A stretch of DNA of 64,000 bases from Candidatus Bathyarchaeota archaeon (lineage in GTDB: Archaea; Thermoproteota; Bathyarchaeia; Bathyarchaeales; Bathycorpusculaceae). Every line of letters starts with the position of its first letter. The first letter of the stretch is position 1. The notes below the pieces were generated by a model, which did not search any database, was not told the DNA's origin, and saw only the letters and a program-made list of their open reading frames with translations. The translations under genes were made by a program, and so were the position numbers. This document shows positions 53,157 through 62,938 of this stretch, one piece after another. The stretch lies in the NCBI GenBank assembly GCA_963775895.1, contig CAVZKL010000018.1, forward strand, positions 32,001-96,000, given 5' to 3'.

Positions 53157-53705
53157 TCAAGAACCGATTTTTCTATCTTCTTTTGATCGTTCTGGACGGT
53201 AGTATCTGAATAGATTGTATCTCTGCAGGCGTGGCCAACCCGTCTTCGCGTAAATCAGCTTTTCTGGATTTTTCCTCAGCCAATTCATCATGTGGAAGAA
53301 GCTCTTCGCCTTTTTCGTGTCTCTCTCCTCTATCGGTTCATAACCCAAGTTTCTGATTTCGTCAAGGTAGGCTATTTCCGTGAGCCTCTGCGGTTCCCCC
53401 GTGACTGTGATTCTGTCAATCTGATCGTCGCCATACCTCTCCTTTAGTCCGTCCACAGCTTCGTCGAAGATGTAGCCTCTGCAGATTTGGATTTGTTCGT
53501 CTTTCTTGAGTTCAAGCTTATCGAGCAGGTGAAACACGATTCTCGAAGCTTCCTTCAGGTACTCTTTTGATCGGAATCGCGGATACCTGAAGTATTTGAC
53601 GTCCAAGACGTCGTACGTGAATTCCTGAGTTTCGCAGCGAAAGGCGCCTATGACCACGCCGAAAAGTAGGTCACCTATGCCGGCATCATCGACAATTATC
53701 GTCAG
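53157..53705 (-). CDS. Hypothetical protein with RNase HII-like N-terminal motif
   Basis: Frame extends upstream of track ORF: (M)TIIVDDAGIGDLLFGVVIGAFR; CTG start after GGGGATGG. Confidence 0.65.
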   Translation of the reverse strand: MTIIVDDAGIGDLLFGVVIGAFRCETQEFTYDVLDVKYFRYPRFRSKEYLKEASRIVFHLLDKLELKKDEQIQICRGYIFDEAVDGLKERYGDDQIDRITVTGEPQRLTEIAYLDEIRNLGYEPIEERDTKKAKSFFHMMNWLRKNPEKLIYAKTGWPRLQRYNLFRYYRPERSKEDRKIGS

Positions 53706-54085
53706 TTAACGCCATCCCCCTTTTGTGAGAGATAGATGAACCACACGCGCATTTATAAAAACGCCTCACACGTGTCATGAATATTGTTTGTTTCTCGGAT
53801 TTCTTGACGCTCACGCACGTCATGCTATTCTGCTGAAAGACCGACGATTGTCCAGACCACGACTATATCGTGGGATAGTTGGGATTGGAATTGAGGATAA
53901 AGGGAGATGTTTTCGACAAAACGCTCTCTCGTGACTAGATGCTGCAGGACTCTTCGAGTCTTCTTCCCAAATGCTTGAAGCTGGAAAAAGGACCAAGAGT
54001 GGGCGCGCGAAAGTTTTAAGAGCAGTTTTCTTCATATACGACTTCAAGGTTTTGCAGAAAAAACAGTTGGAGAGAGGAAAAAGAC

Positions 54086-56047
54086 ATGAATGTGAAGAAA
54101 TGTACAGCTTTGCTTTGCTTTTCAGTGTTGTTGGCAAGTTTGATGGCGGGTGGTTTGGGCAGAGTCCAAGCTCAAACATATCCGAGGGAACAGACGATGA
54201 TTCTGGGCGGTGACACATCGTACGCCGGTATGGGCTTCAATCCTTACGGTCTCCCTGGCGGCACGTGCAACAGAGGTAGAGCGCTAACATACATGTCGCT
54301 CTTCTGGTACAATTGGACCAGCGGCAGCTTACAGCCGTGGCTGGCCCAAAGCTATGAGTGGTCCACGGATGGCTTAACGTTTATAATTCATCTGCGTCCG
54401 GAAGCTAGATGGCGGGACGGTACGCCCGTGACTGCTGATGATGTCGTGTTCGATTTTATGACAGAAGATCAAAACGGGTCCTATCCCATAGAAAGCTCGA
54501 TAATAGATTCAATAACGGCCGCTGACACCTACACCGTGCACTTTAATCTCGTGTCTGGTACCGAGTTTAGCAATCACGTGTTTTCGGACCTTCAGGACGT
54601 GCCAATCTTTGAAAAGGCAAGGTGGCAGCAGCTCCTGGCGAGCGCGAGCTCGAATTCAACGGATATTCTGTCGTATACGAACGAGAACTTTGACCAGATA
54701 GACGGTAATGGTCCGTATCTGCCAGTCTATTCGGATCCCAACAAGATAGTGTATCAGAGAGTCGATGATTGGTGGGGCAATAGCACGTTTGGACAGCCAG
54801 CACCAAAGTACGTGATGATGATAAATCACGCTACGAATGATTTGGAGCAACGAGACTTCGACGCTGGCTCCGTGGATTGGGACGACAGTTTCTTCAGCGG
54901 AATCTCCAGTTACGTCACGAGCCACAGCAATGTAGTGGTCTGGAACAGAAATGATCCCAACGGAAAGATCTTCAACACGGCTGGTGCCATATACATGGTT
55001 CCGAACATTAACAGCACAACCCATCCCGAACTCGGTCAGCCTTGGCTGAGACAGGCTGTGGCGTATGCAATCAACGTAAGCCGGATAATCTCGACCGCTC
55101 AACAAGGACTCGTCGTGGAAGCTTCTCCATCGTTCATCACTCCTACAGGACCAATGGCCGACCAGTACATCGATCACGATTTAATAAACAAAACATACGG
55201 AGACCCGAACTACATTCCATACGATACGCAGAAGGCGATACAGATTCTGCAGCAGCACTGCAGCGGAAGTGTTAGCGCAGGCTGGAGTTGGAATGGGAAG
55301 CCTATAGGTCCATGGAATGTGTACAGCGTTTCAGGCTGGAGTGACGTCAACCTGATGAGCACTCTGATGGCAGAAGATCTGCAGAAGATCGGAATAAAAT
55401 TGAACGTGGACATCATCGATGAATCCATTTATGACGACCGCAGGCACGCAATGGACTTCGATTGGTTGGATTTCACCTCTTCGGTGGACAACTCACCGTC
55501 GCCTACATATCCTGTCAGCAACTTCGACAATCTGTTCCATGGGGACCCAACGTTGGACGTGGATCCATGCAATTACACTACATCCGCGAACTACGAGGAA
55601 GTCTACAACTCGACACTGAAGATGTGGAACTTGCCAATCGGGAGCGCCGCGTCAATAGCAGCGGCCAAGCAAATACAGGCATTAGTCATGCCAGAGCTTC
55701 CGTACATCCCACTCTACGTTCAAATCCCGTGGAGCAGATACATCACATCCTACTGGACTGGATGGCCAACCGTTGACAATCGAGGTCCAGGACAGGGCGC
55801 TAGCTGGTGGGAACCAATCATTCCACAGGTGATACTGATGCTCAAACAAGCGCCGACAACGACGACCATTGGCGGAGTGTCACCATGGGTCTGGGTCGGC
55901 GTTGGAATTGTCATCGTCGTCATCATCGCAGCTGTGGCGTTGGTCTGGACACGGAGAAGCAAGCCAGAAAGCTCGAGTCCATCTGCTGGAAGCGAAGCGC
56001 AAGATAAGGGGAAAGCAACCCCCACCTCTTTTATTTCTTTTTCCTAG
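54086..56047 (+). CDS. Family-5 ABC substrate-binding protein with C-terminal TM anchor
   Basis: PWLAQSY, WRDGTPVTADDV, GNGPY, LRQAVAYAIN, GWSD, ELPYIPL, YWTGWP. Confidence 0.92.
   Translation: MNVKKCTALLCFSVLLASLMAGGLGRVQAQTYPREQTMILGGDTSYAGMGFNPYGLPGGTCNRGRALTYMSLFWYNWTSGSLQPWLAQSYEWSTDGLTFIIHLRPEARWRDGTPVTADDVVFDFMTEDQNGSYPIESSIIDSITAADTYTVHFNLVSGTEFSNHVFSDLQDVPIFEKARWQQLLASASSNSTDILSYTNENFDQIDGNGPYLPVYSDPNKIVYQRVDDWWGNSTFGQPAPKYVMMINHATNDLEQRDFDAGSVDWDDSFFSGISSYVTSHSNVVVWNRNDPNGKIFNTAGAIYMVPNINSTTHPELGQPWLRQAVAYAINVSRIISTAQQGLVVEASPSFITPTGPMADQYIDHDLINKTYGDPNYIPYDTQKAIQILQQHCSGSVSAGWSWNGKPIGPWNVYSVSGWSDVNLMSTLMAEDLQKIGIKLNVDIIDESIYDDRRHAMDFDWLDFTSSVDNSPSPTYPVSNFDNLFHGDPTLDVDPCNYTTSANYEEVYNSTLKMWNLPIGSAASIAAAKQIQALVMPELPYIPLYVQIPWSRYITSYWTGWPTVDNRGPGQGASWWEPIIPQVILMLKQAPTTTTIGGVSPWVWVGVGIVIVVIIAAVALVWTRRSKPESSSPSAGSEAQDKGKATPTSFISFS
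56008..56043 (+). terminator. Hairpin plus T-tract, probable terminator
   Basis: GGGG-AAAGCAA-CCCC followed by TCTTTTATTTCTTTTT. Confidence 0.45.
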
Positions 56048-56083
56048 CATGCACATCTAACGCGCGGTTCGTTCGGTTCGGTC

Positions 56084-56878
56084 TTAAATTTTCCACCTTT
56101 CATGAATGGGCGGCACGCTTGCAACAAGATCCTTCGTGTAAGGATGTTGTGAGTGGAAGATAACATCCTTGACTGCGCCCTGCTCGACTATCTCTCCGTT
56201 TTTCATTATCGCTATCCTGTCGCCGATGTAGTACGCTTGTGATAGATCGTGTGTTATGAATAATACTGACATTTTCTCCACCTGCTTCAATCGCAGGAGT
56301 TCGTTCAAGACTGCGACGCGAGTTGACGCGTCTATCATGCTCGTTGACTCGTCAGCCACTAGTAGATTGGGATGGATAATCAAGGATCTCGCGATGAGCA
56401 ATCGTTGCATTTGTCCGCCGCTAAGCTGATGAGGGTATCTTCCCATAATCTCATCTGGATTCATGCCGATTGTTTCCAGAGTAGACCTGATTATCTTCTT
56501 TCGTTCATCCTTCGAAGTAGACTGCTCCAAGAGGTCAAATGCGTCGTTCAGAGGCTTATCGACGTTGTAGAAGAAGTTGAACGACGAGTAGGGGTCCTGG
56601 AAGATAGCCTGCACTTTTCTCCAGTAAGCTTTCTTGTCGTAGGAATAAGCATCTTTGCCGTCGAGGAGGATTTTGCCACTGGTCGGCTTGATCAGTCTCA
56701 AGATTGCGTTGCCGACGGTGGTCTTGCCGCTGCCGCTTTCCCCTGCCAAGCAGAATACTTCGCTTCTTTCCACGTTGAATGACACTTTTTTTGCTCCTGT
56801 CACTTCGACCGTCCTGACGTAGCCTGAGGTGTACATCTTGGTCAGATCGTTGACTTCCAAAAGCTTGTTTTCGGTCAT
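56084..56878 (-). CDS. Dpp/Opp ABC ATPase (DppF-like)
   Basis: GESGSGKT, FQDPYSS, YPHQLSGGQ. Confidence 0.95.
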   Translation of the reverse strand: MTENKLLEVNDLTKMYTSGYVRTVEVTGAKKVSFNVERSEVFCLAGESGSGKTTVGNAILRLIKPTSGKILLDGKDAYSYDKKAYWRKVQAIFQDPYSSFNFFYNVDKPLNDAFDLLEQSTSKDERKKIIRSTLETIGMNPDEIMGRYPHQLSGGQMQRLLIARSLIIHPNLLVADESTSMIDASTRVAVLNELLRLKQVEKMSVLFITHDLSQAYYIGDRIAIMKNGEIVEQGAVKDVIFHSQHPYTKDLVASVPPIHERWKI

Positions 56879-57864
56879 GCGGTTTCACTTACGCTTTCAG
56901 GATAGCACTTGACGATTCTGCCTCTTACCTCGATCGTCGGAGGCTCCGTCTCCAAGCATCTCTTCGTGCACTTTTCACACCTCGGACCAAACCTGCAGCC
57001 GGGTGGAGGATTTCTCAGATCGGGAACTACTCCACCTATACTGGATAACAGTTTATCCTTCGTCTGCGGTTCGAGCGGCAAAAGAGAATTCATAAGCGCT
57101 CGCGTGTACGGATGAACAGGACTGTTAATCACTTCGTCTGCTTTCCCTTCTTCCACAAATTCTCCGGCGTACATGATCACAATCCGATCGCAGAGTTGGT
57201 TCAGAGCAGCCAAATCGTGGGATATGCACACGAGACTTTTTATTATCCCCTTTCTCTGAATGTCCATCATCAGTTCGATCATTCGCCTCTGCGAGGTCAC
57301 ATCAAGGGCCGAAGTCGGTTCATCCGTAATCAGAAGCTTTGGGCTCGCCATCGTTGATATCGCTATGATGGCTCTTTGCATCATGCCTCCGCTGAGTTCG
57401 TGCGGATAAACGTCGAGCACTCGTTTATCTAGACCCAACTTCTCGAAGTGTTCAGCGGCTATTTCGCTGGCTTCCTCGACGGAGTACTTCCGGCCAGTGC
57501 GCTCCCTCAACATGTCTGCAATGAATTCCCTGACCCTTCTCACGGGGTTCAGAGAATTCAGCATGGCTTGAGGAACGTAGGACAGGCGTTTGCATTTGAC
57601 TTCTTTTCTCAACGTTTCTGGAGCGATCTTCCAGATGTTGAAGCCATCTGCTATGACTTCGCCACTCTCATAATGCAGCAGAGGCGTCGTGGTACCCGTG
57701 ATTAGCTGTGCGAAACTGGTTTTGCCGCAACCCGATTCGCCAGCGATACCGACTCTCTCGTCCTCGCCTACTTGGAGTGAAACGCCATCCACTGCATGAA
57801 TGACGCCAAAAGTGCCTCTGTAGTAGCCTTTGAGATCTTTAACCACGAGGAGGTTTCCGTTCAT
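56875..57864 (-). CDS. Dpp/Opp ABC ATPase (DppD-like)
   Basis: GESGCGKT, YPHELSGG, HPYT, PPPGCRF.PRC. Confidence 0.95.
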   Translation of the reverse strand: MNGNLLVVKDLKGYYRGTFGVIHAVDGVSLQVGEDERVGIAGESGCGKTSFAQLITGTTTPLLHYESGEVIADGFNIWKIAPETLRKEVKCKRLSYVPQAMLNSLNPVRRVREFIADMLRERTGRKYSVEEASEIAAEHFEKLGLDKRVLDVYPHELSGGMMQRAIIAISTMASPKLLITDEPTSALDVTSQRRMIELMMDIQRKGIIKSLVCISHDLAALNQLCDRIVIMYAGEFVEEGKADEVINSPVHPYTRALMNSLLPLEPQTKDKLLSSIGGVVPDLRNPPPGCRFGPRCEKCTKRCLETEPPTIEVRGRIVKCYPESVSETA

Positions 57865-57889
57865 GTCTTGTTTCCGCCCTTTTCCGGGA

Positions 57890-58735
57890 TCACTCCGTGC
57901 GCACTTTGGGGTTCAGTACGTCGTCGATTACCGCAGTAATCATGATGAGGGTTCCAGTGAGTATTACCAGAGTGAGCCCTGGGGGAGCGAAGTACCACCA
58001 TACTCCTTGCGAGACAGCGTTGAAGCTGATAGCCCATTCAAGCATCTTCCCCAGTGTGAAGCCTTCCGTGGGCCCTAACCCTATCACGCTTATGCTCGCT
58101 TCCCAGACTATTGCTCCGCTGACGCCTAGAATAAGCACCAGAAAAACGTATGCCAGCATGTTTGGCAGAATCTCTTTCACCACTATTGTAAGATCGCCTT
58201 TGCCTGAAATTCGCGCCAGGTCCACGAATCTTCTTTCCCTCAAAGTGAGAATTTGGGATCTTATGCTCCTCGCCATCCAGGGCCAGGAGAGCAGTCCCAT
58301 TAGTAACCCGACAACGACCAGACTTCTGGTTGAAAGAAGCGCGGCAATGATTATGAGAATGACGAGCTCAGGGAGAACCATAAATATGTTCGTAACAAGG
58401 TTCGCTCCTTCATCTACTAACCCTTTCTTGTACGCAAGGAACCCTCCCACCACAACCGCGATCATCAGCGCGGTTAGTCCGGCGATGATGCCTACCCAGA
58501 GTGAGTCGCGGATTGCAGTGCAGAGTTGGGCAAAAATGTCTCTGCCTGCCATGTCAGTGCCCAATAAGAACTTGAACGATGGAGGCTCGTATATTCCACC
58601 TGCATCTTCTGATGGATTTCGGGTGACAAACGGACCCACAACTCCGAGCACGACGATGCTGATTACTATGATTGCGCAGACTTGGAATTTCCAGTTTTTC
58701 GTAAGAAGTTCCATTCTACCGGGCATGCTAACCAC
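57890..58735 (-). CDS. Dpp/Opp ABC permease (DppC-like)
   Basis: LGTD..GRD, WPWMARSIR, WWYFAPPG. Confidence 0.95.
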   Translation of the reverse strand: MVSMPGRMELLTKNWKFQVCAIIVISIVVLGVVGPFVTRNPSEDAGGIYEPPSFKFLLGTDMAGRDIFAQLCTAIRDSLWVGIIAGLTALMIAVVVGGFLAYKKGLVDEGANLVTNIFMVLPELVILIIIAALLSTRSLVVVGLLMGLLSWPWMARSIRSQILTLRERRFVDLARISGKGDLTIVVKEILPNMLAYVFLVLILGVSGAIVWEASISVIGLGPTEGFTLGKMLEWAISFNAVSQGVWWYFAPPGLTLVILTGTLIMITAVIDDVLNPKVRTE

Positions 58736-59759
58736 CCACGTAGCCTGTTCTGATGCGGGGGTCGATGAAACCGTAGATCACGTCCATCAGAAAGTTGCCG
58801 ATCAGCACGAGAAGGACGGTGAACACGAAAACAGCCTGCATAAGTGGATAATCAATCTTGGTGACGGCGTTGTAGATCACGGTTCCCAGTCCCGGCCATC
58901 CGAAGACGAATTCGACTATCATGGTCTGTCCTATGAGGCTGCTGAGAATTATCGGGAGCCCGGTAACTTGGGGCAGAATAGCGTTTTCCTGTGCGTATTT
59001 TCTTAGTTTACCTTCTTTGAAGCCCATCTGTTTGGAGTAGTATATGTAATCTGATTGTTTTTCGTAAATCGTCATCGCCCTCATCCCAGTGCACCAGTTG
59101 CCTATTCCTGTGATGAAGAGCGAGAGGAATGGCAGGACGTAATGGTACCCCACGTCTAGGATAAACGTGGAGCTGAGGGAGGGCGTCAGGAGGTTGGAAT
59201 ACGCGCCGGAACTGGGAAACCATTTTAGATTGACCCCAAGAGCGTACACGAGAATCAGTCCGAACCAGTAGTAGGGCGCCGAATTCAGGTAAACCGCGAA
59301 GGTGTAAAATGCGTGGATGAGCACGTTCTTGGAAAAGGCGGCCTGTGTCCCGAGGTAATTGTTGCCCACTATGAACGCTAGTATCCACGCGGGGATGATG
59401 AGGACCAGTGTCCAAATCAAACCGTATCCAACTACACCGCCCACGGTGTTCGTGGGGTATGAAATTGAGTCTCCGAAATTCAGGGTTAGAACTCTCTTCC
59501 AGAAGAGACTGTACTGAACGATGAGGGGTTGGTCGAGACCAAACAGCGCGGTGTATTTCTGGCGTATCGCTATTATCTGTTGAGGGGTCTTGCCTATCTT
59601 CAGCCGATCGATCATCATGTCGACGGGACTCGAGGGCATAAAATAAGGAAGAATGAACACAAGAGTGAAAGAGAGAAAGACTGCGACTAACAGAAAGATC
59701 AGTTTTTTGAGGAGAAACTTGGCAAACGGATTTAGAGGTCGCGCGCCAGGTTTTTTCAC
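58728..59759 (-). CDS. Dpp/Opp ABC permease (DppB-like)
   Basis: FGLDQPL..QY, EFVFGWPGLG, DYPL, IDPRIR. Confidence 0.95.
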   Translation of the reverse strand: MKKPGARPLNPFAKFLLKKLIFLLVAVFLSFTLVFILPYFMPSSPVDMMIDRLKIGKTPQQIIAIRQKYTALFGLDQPLIVQYSLFWKRVLTLNFGDSISYPTNTVGGVVGYGLIWTLVLIIPAWILAFIVGNNYLGTQAAFSKNVLIHAFYTFAVYLNSAPYYWFGLILVYALGVNLKWFPSSGAYSNLLTPSLSSTFILDVGYHYVLPFLSLFITGIGNWCTGMRAMTIYEKQSDYIYYSKQMGFKEGKLRKYAQENAILPQVTGLPIILSSLIGQTMIVEFVFGWPGLGTVIYNAVTKIDYPLMQAVFVFTVLLVLIGNFLMDVIYGFIDPRIRTGYVGG

Positions 59760-60033
59760 GTTCTCTCCAATTACAACTTGGGTTGATTCAAAGATATTAA
59801 TATAACCAACATACCCAGATCTTCGTCGAGAATTGGAACTGGAGGTAGACGCATAGTGGAACTCTGAGGCGGATAACCATCTGGTCTGCGTTGTTGATCA
59901 TGTGCCTCAACTCTAGCTGGGAGAAGCATGTTGGTGATTTTTACGAAAAGATAATAGCTGTGATCAGATGAACAACAATCCGTCCTAAAGTGTGAACCAT
60001 CTCTGAAAGTGAGTCTGTCTTCGGGCAGAAATC

Positions 60034-61117
60034 GTGGGGACCAGCTTGAAATTTCGCCACTTGATGATTAAGGAAATCTTCGAAGAGCCTCAGGTGACCT
60101 CAACTTTTCTCGCGAAAGGTTTCAAGCAGGTTCAAGAAATCGCCGAAGCTGTCAGTTCAAAACGGTACGGAATGATGTACATCACCGGCAGCGGAACAAG
60201 CTACCACGCTGGCCTCGCAGCTCAGTACGCCATTTCTACATTAACGCGGTTTGTCACAAGCTTGATACCGGCATCAGAGTTTCCATCATGGATTCCGTCT
60301 GGTTCAACAAGAAGACCGTTGCTTATCGCCATTTCCCAGTCGGGAGAAAGTTCAGACGTTCTTGCCGCCGCAAAGGTAGCTTCAGAAAAGGGCATGGACA
60401 TTTTGGCTGTGACCAACACGCAGAACAGTTCCCTCATGAAAATGGCGAAGTACACGTTGCTGACAAGAGCTGGAAAGGAGTCTGCGGTTACAGCCACCAA
60501 AAGCCACGTTGCACAATTGCTTGCGCTCTTTTTGTTGGCCGCGCAGTTTGCGGAAACAGATGGGAATGAAGCTGTTGATTCAGCGCAGCTGAGGCGCCAA
60601 TTGTTCAGGGCGCCAGAAATTATTGCCGAGACGATCAAATCCGTGGACCGCAAGGTTCAGAAACTGGCACAAGAATACTGTCATCAAAACTTTTTCTTTC
60701 TGCTGGGCAGCGGCCCAAATTATGCGACAGCCTTGGAAGGAGCCCTCAAGCTGAAGGAGGCGTGCAACATTTTTGCTGAAGGTTTCGCTACTAGGGAGTT
60801 TCTGCACGGCCCCATACAACTGGTGGACAAGGGAACGTCTTTGTTCTTCATTCTCACTGAAGACCAGTTAGAGGATGCGGTGAGTGAGATAAGAAGAGTG
60901 AGAGCCTTTGAAGCGTCGGTGCTTTCGATTTTTGAAAGAGATGATGAGCGATTGAAGCGCGCGTCCGAACGATCTGATACGTGTTCCCACGGGCTTTCCA
61001 AAAGTCTTTTCTTCGATGATACACATAATTCCGTTGCAGCTGTTTGCGTACTACAGCTCGGTTGCAAGGGGATTGAATCCGGACAAACCGGAGAAACTTA
61101 CGAAGGTGGTGAAGTGA
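60034..61117 (+). CDS. SIS-domain sugar-phosphate isomerase/deaminase (GlmS C-terminal-like), frameshift near 60970
   Basis: MIKEIFEEP, GSGTSYHA, SQSGES, EGALKLKE, EFLHGP, GLNPDKPEKLTKVV. Confidence 0.9.
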
Positions 61118-61118
61118 A

Positions 61119-61818
61119 ATGAAGATTAAATGCGTCATCTTTGGAATTGACGACGTGCTGTACGATGCTTCCTTTCAAATGAGCACAGCTAGGTTGAATG
61201 CTATCAAGGCCATGATTGAGGCTGGGCTCCCCACAGACATAGAAACGGCTTACCGCGTGCTTCAAAGCGTGGTCAAAGAGCGTGGATCGGACAATAACAA
61301 ACACTTTGACAGGCTGCTGGAACGGTTGGGGTTGAAGTGGAACCCGAGAGTGATCGCTGCGGGTGTCGCTGCGTATCGTGAAACAAGCCCTGCATATTTG
61401 AAACTGTACCCGGACACTTTTCCCACACTGTTGAAGTTGCGAGAAACAGGCTACAAAATAGGAATAGTCTCCGAAGGCCGTGCTGTAAAACAGTGGCAAA
61501 AACTCATACAGCTTGGCATTCAGCACTTGTTCGATTACGTTGCTCACATCAGAGGAAACGGGCAGTGAAGTTCTAAAACCTGAAACCATCGGGTCAGTTC
61601 TGAAAACGCTTACAGTGCGTCCTGATCAGGCGATATTCGTTGGCAACAATCTGGAAACAGACATCCGGTGTGCGAACAAGGCAAAGGTGACCTCTGTCCG
61701 AATCAGAAAGGGTGAGAACAGGACTAAAGAACCAGAATCGACTGAGACCAAACCGAAGTATGAAATAAGCAAGATATCAGAGATATTCAAAGTGATAGAA
61801 AAAGCTGAAAAAGCCTAG
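61119..61818 (+). CDS. HAD-family hydrolase (TIGR02253-like), frameshift near 61540
   Basis: VIFGIDDVLYD, VKQWQKL, KP, FVGNNLETDI. Confidence 0.88.
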
Positions 61819-61886
61819 TGCGCGCGCGAAGAATGTTTCGATTCCGATAGACGGATTTCACGAATGAGGTTGGTTCTGTCTGGTAT

Positions 61887-62360
61887 TCATCTATGGCTGC
61901 TGGTCTGCTGGACGGAGAATCTTTTTCGTGCGCGAGATAAGTAGTAGATTTGTAGTATGGTTATGAGTAGCCAGACAACGAGGATGGCGGCAGTCACGAT
62001 TCTTAGTTCCCAGCTTTGAATGAAGTAGTTTACGAGCAGGAGAGTTATCAAGAGAACGATGATGCCCAGCTGAACGAGTCTCAGCGTCATGATTCTTTTT
62101 CTCGGGTTCCACTCGCCGCCTCTTGCGGCTCGCATTTCTTCTATCTGCTTCAGTCTTTCCTCGGAGAGATAGTACTTGCCGTTCACTTCTATGAAGACGC
62201 CTGAGCGGCCCAGACGTCTCTTCATCGCCTCCTCGAATCTTGGCGGGAGATCGAGTTCTTGCGGCGTCATGGCTTTGTCTGGGCTGGTGGCTCCTTTTTG
62301 GCGGAACTTTTCGACGATTTCGTTGAACCATCTCTGGATTTGTTCTCGTCTTTCGAACAT
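61887..62360 (-). CDS. Hypothetical protein, soluble N-domain + 2 TM
   Basis: GATSPDKAMTPQEL..GKYYLSE, then two hydrophobic helices. Confidence 0.7.
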   Translation of the reverse strand: MFERREQIQRWFNEIVEKFRQKGATSPDKAMTPQELDLPPRFEEAMKRRLGRSGVFIEVNGKYYLSEERLKQIEEMRAARGGEWNPRKRIMTLRLVQLGIIVLLITLLLVNYFIQSWELRIVTAAILVVWLLITILQIYYLSRARKRFSVQQTSSHR

Positions 62361-62390
62361 GGTATTTCACTTTGAACGTTTTGTGCTCCT

Positions 62391-62621
62391 TTATTCGTCT
62401 GCGTGTTGTTCTAGTCCTTTGAGGACTCTTGAGGCGAATTCTCTCATGGCGTCTGCCTTTACCATCGTGATGCCGCGTCTGTTCTTGCCTGTTATGACGA
62501 GCAGGAGGTCTCCGGGTTTTATGTTGAAGTCTTTTCTAGCTTGTGCGGGTATGACGATTTGGCCTCGGTCGCCGACCTTTACGGTTCCGTAGATGTGCAT
62601 GTCTTCATCGTTTTTGCTCAT
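62391..62621 (-). CDS. AbrB/MazE/SpoVT DNA-binding protein
   Basis: VKVGDRGQIVIPAQARKDFNIKPGD. Confidence 0.92.
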   Translation of the reverse strand: MSKNDEDMHIYGTVKVGDRGQIVIPAQARKDFNIKPGDLLLVITGKNRRGITMVKADAMREFASRVLKGLEQHADE

Positions 62622-62938
62622 AATTATTCCACTTTTCGTGTATTTCATATTATTCATACTGTTTAAAAGGCGTTGTGCATGATTCGTACATGGCGCGCGC
62701 AAAAAAGGAATCGAAGAAACCTACGACTATCTGAACAGGCAACCAGGTAAACAACGGGCTTAGGTTGTACGAGACTGCTTCGATGCGGTCGGCGACTCAC
62801 TCATGGCCCACTTTCTTCTATCTTCACTCTCGCCCCTTGCCCTTCGAAAGAATAGAGTATTGCAGCGAAATATTCTAGCGAACTCGCTATTTTCGCTTGA
62901 GTCAGACCGTGCTGTGCCAATCAGAGTAGTCTTGAAGT

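Noticed and set aside
57897-59006. Long antisense ORFs (also 24585-25232, 35988-36818, 20697-21230)
   Set aside because: Shadows of well-supported genes on the opposite strand, with no protein motifs
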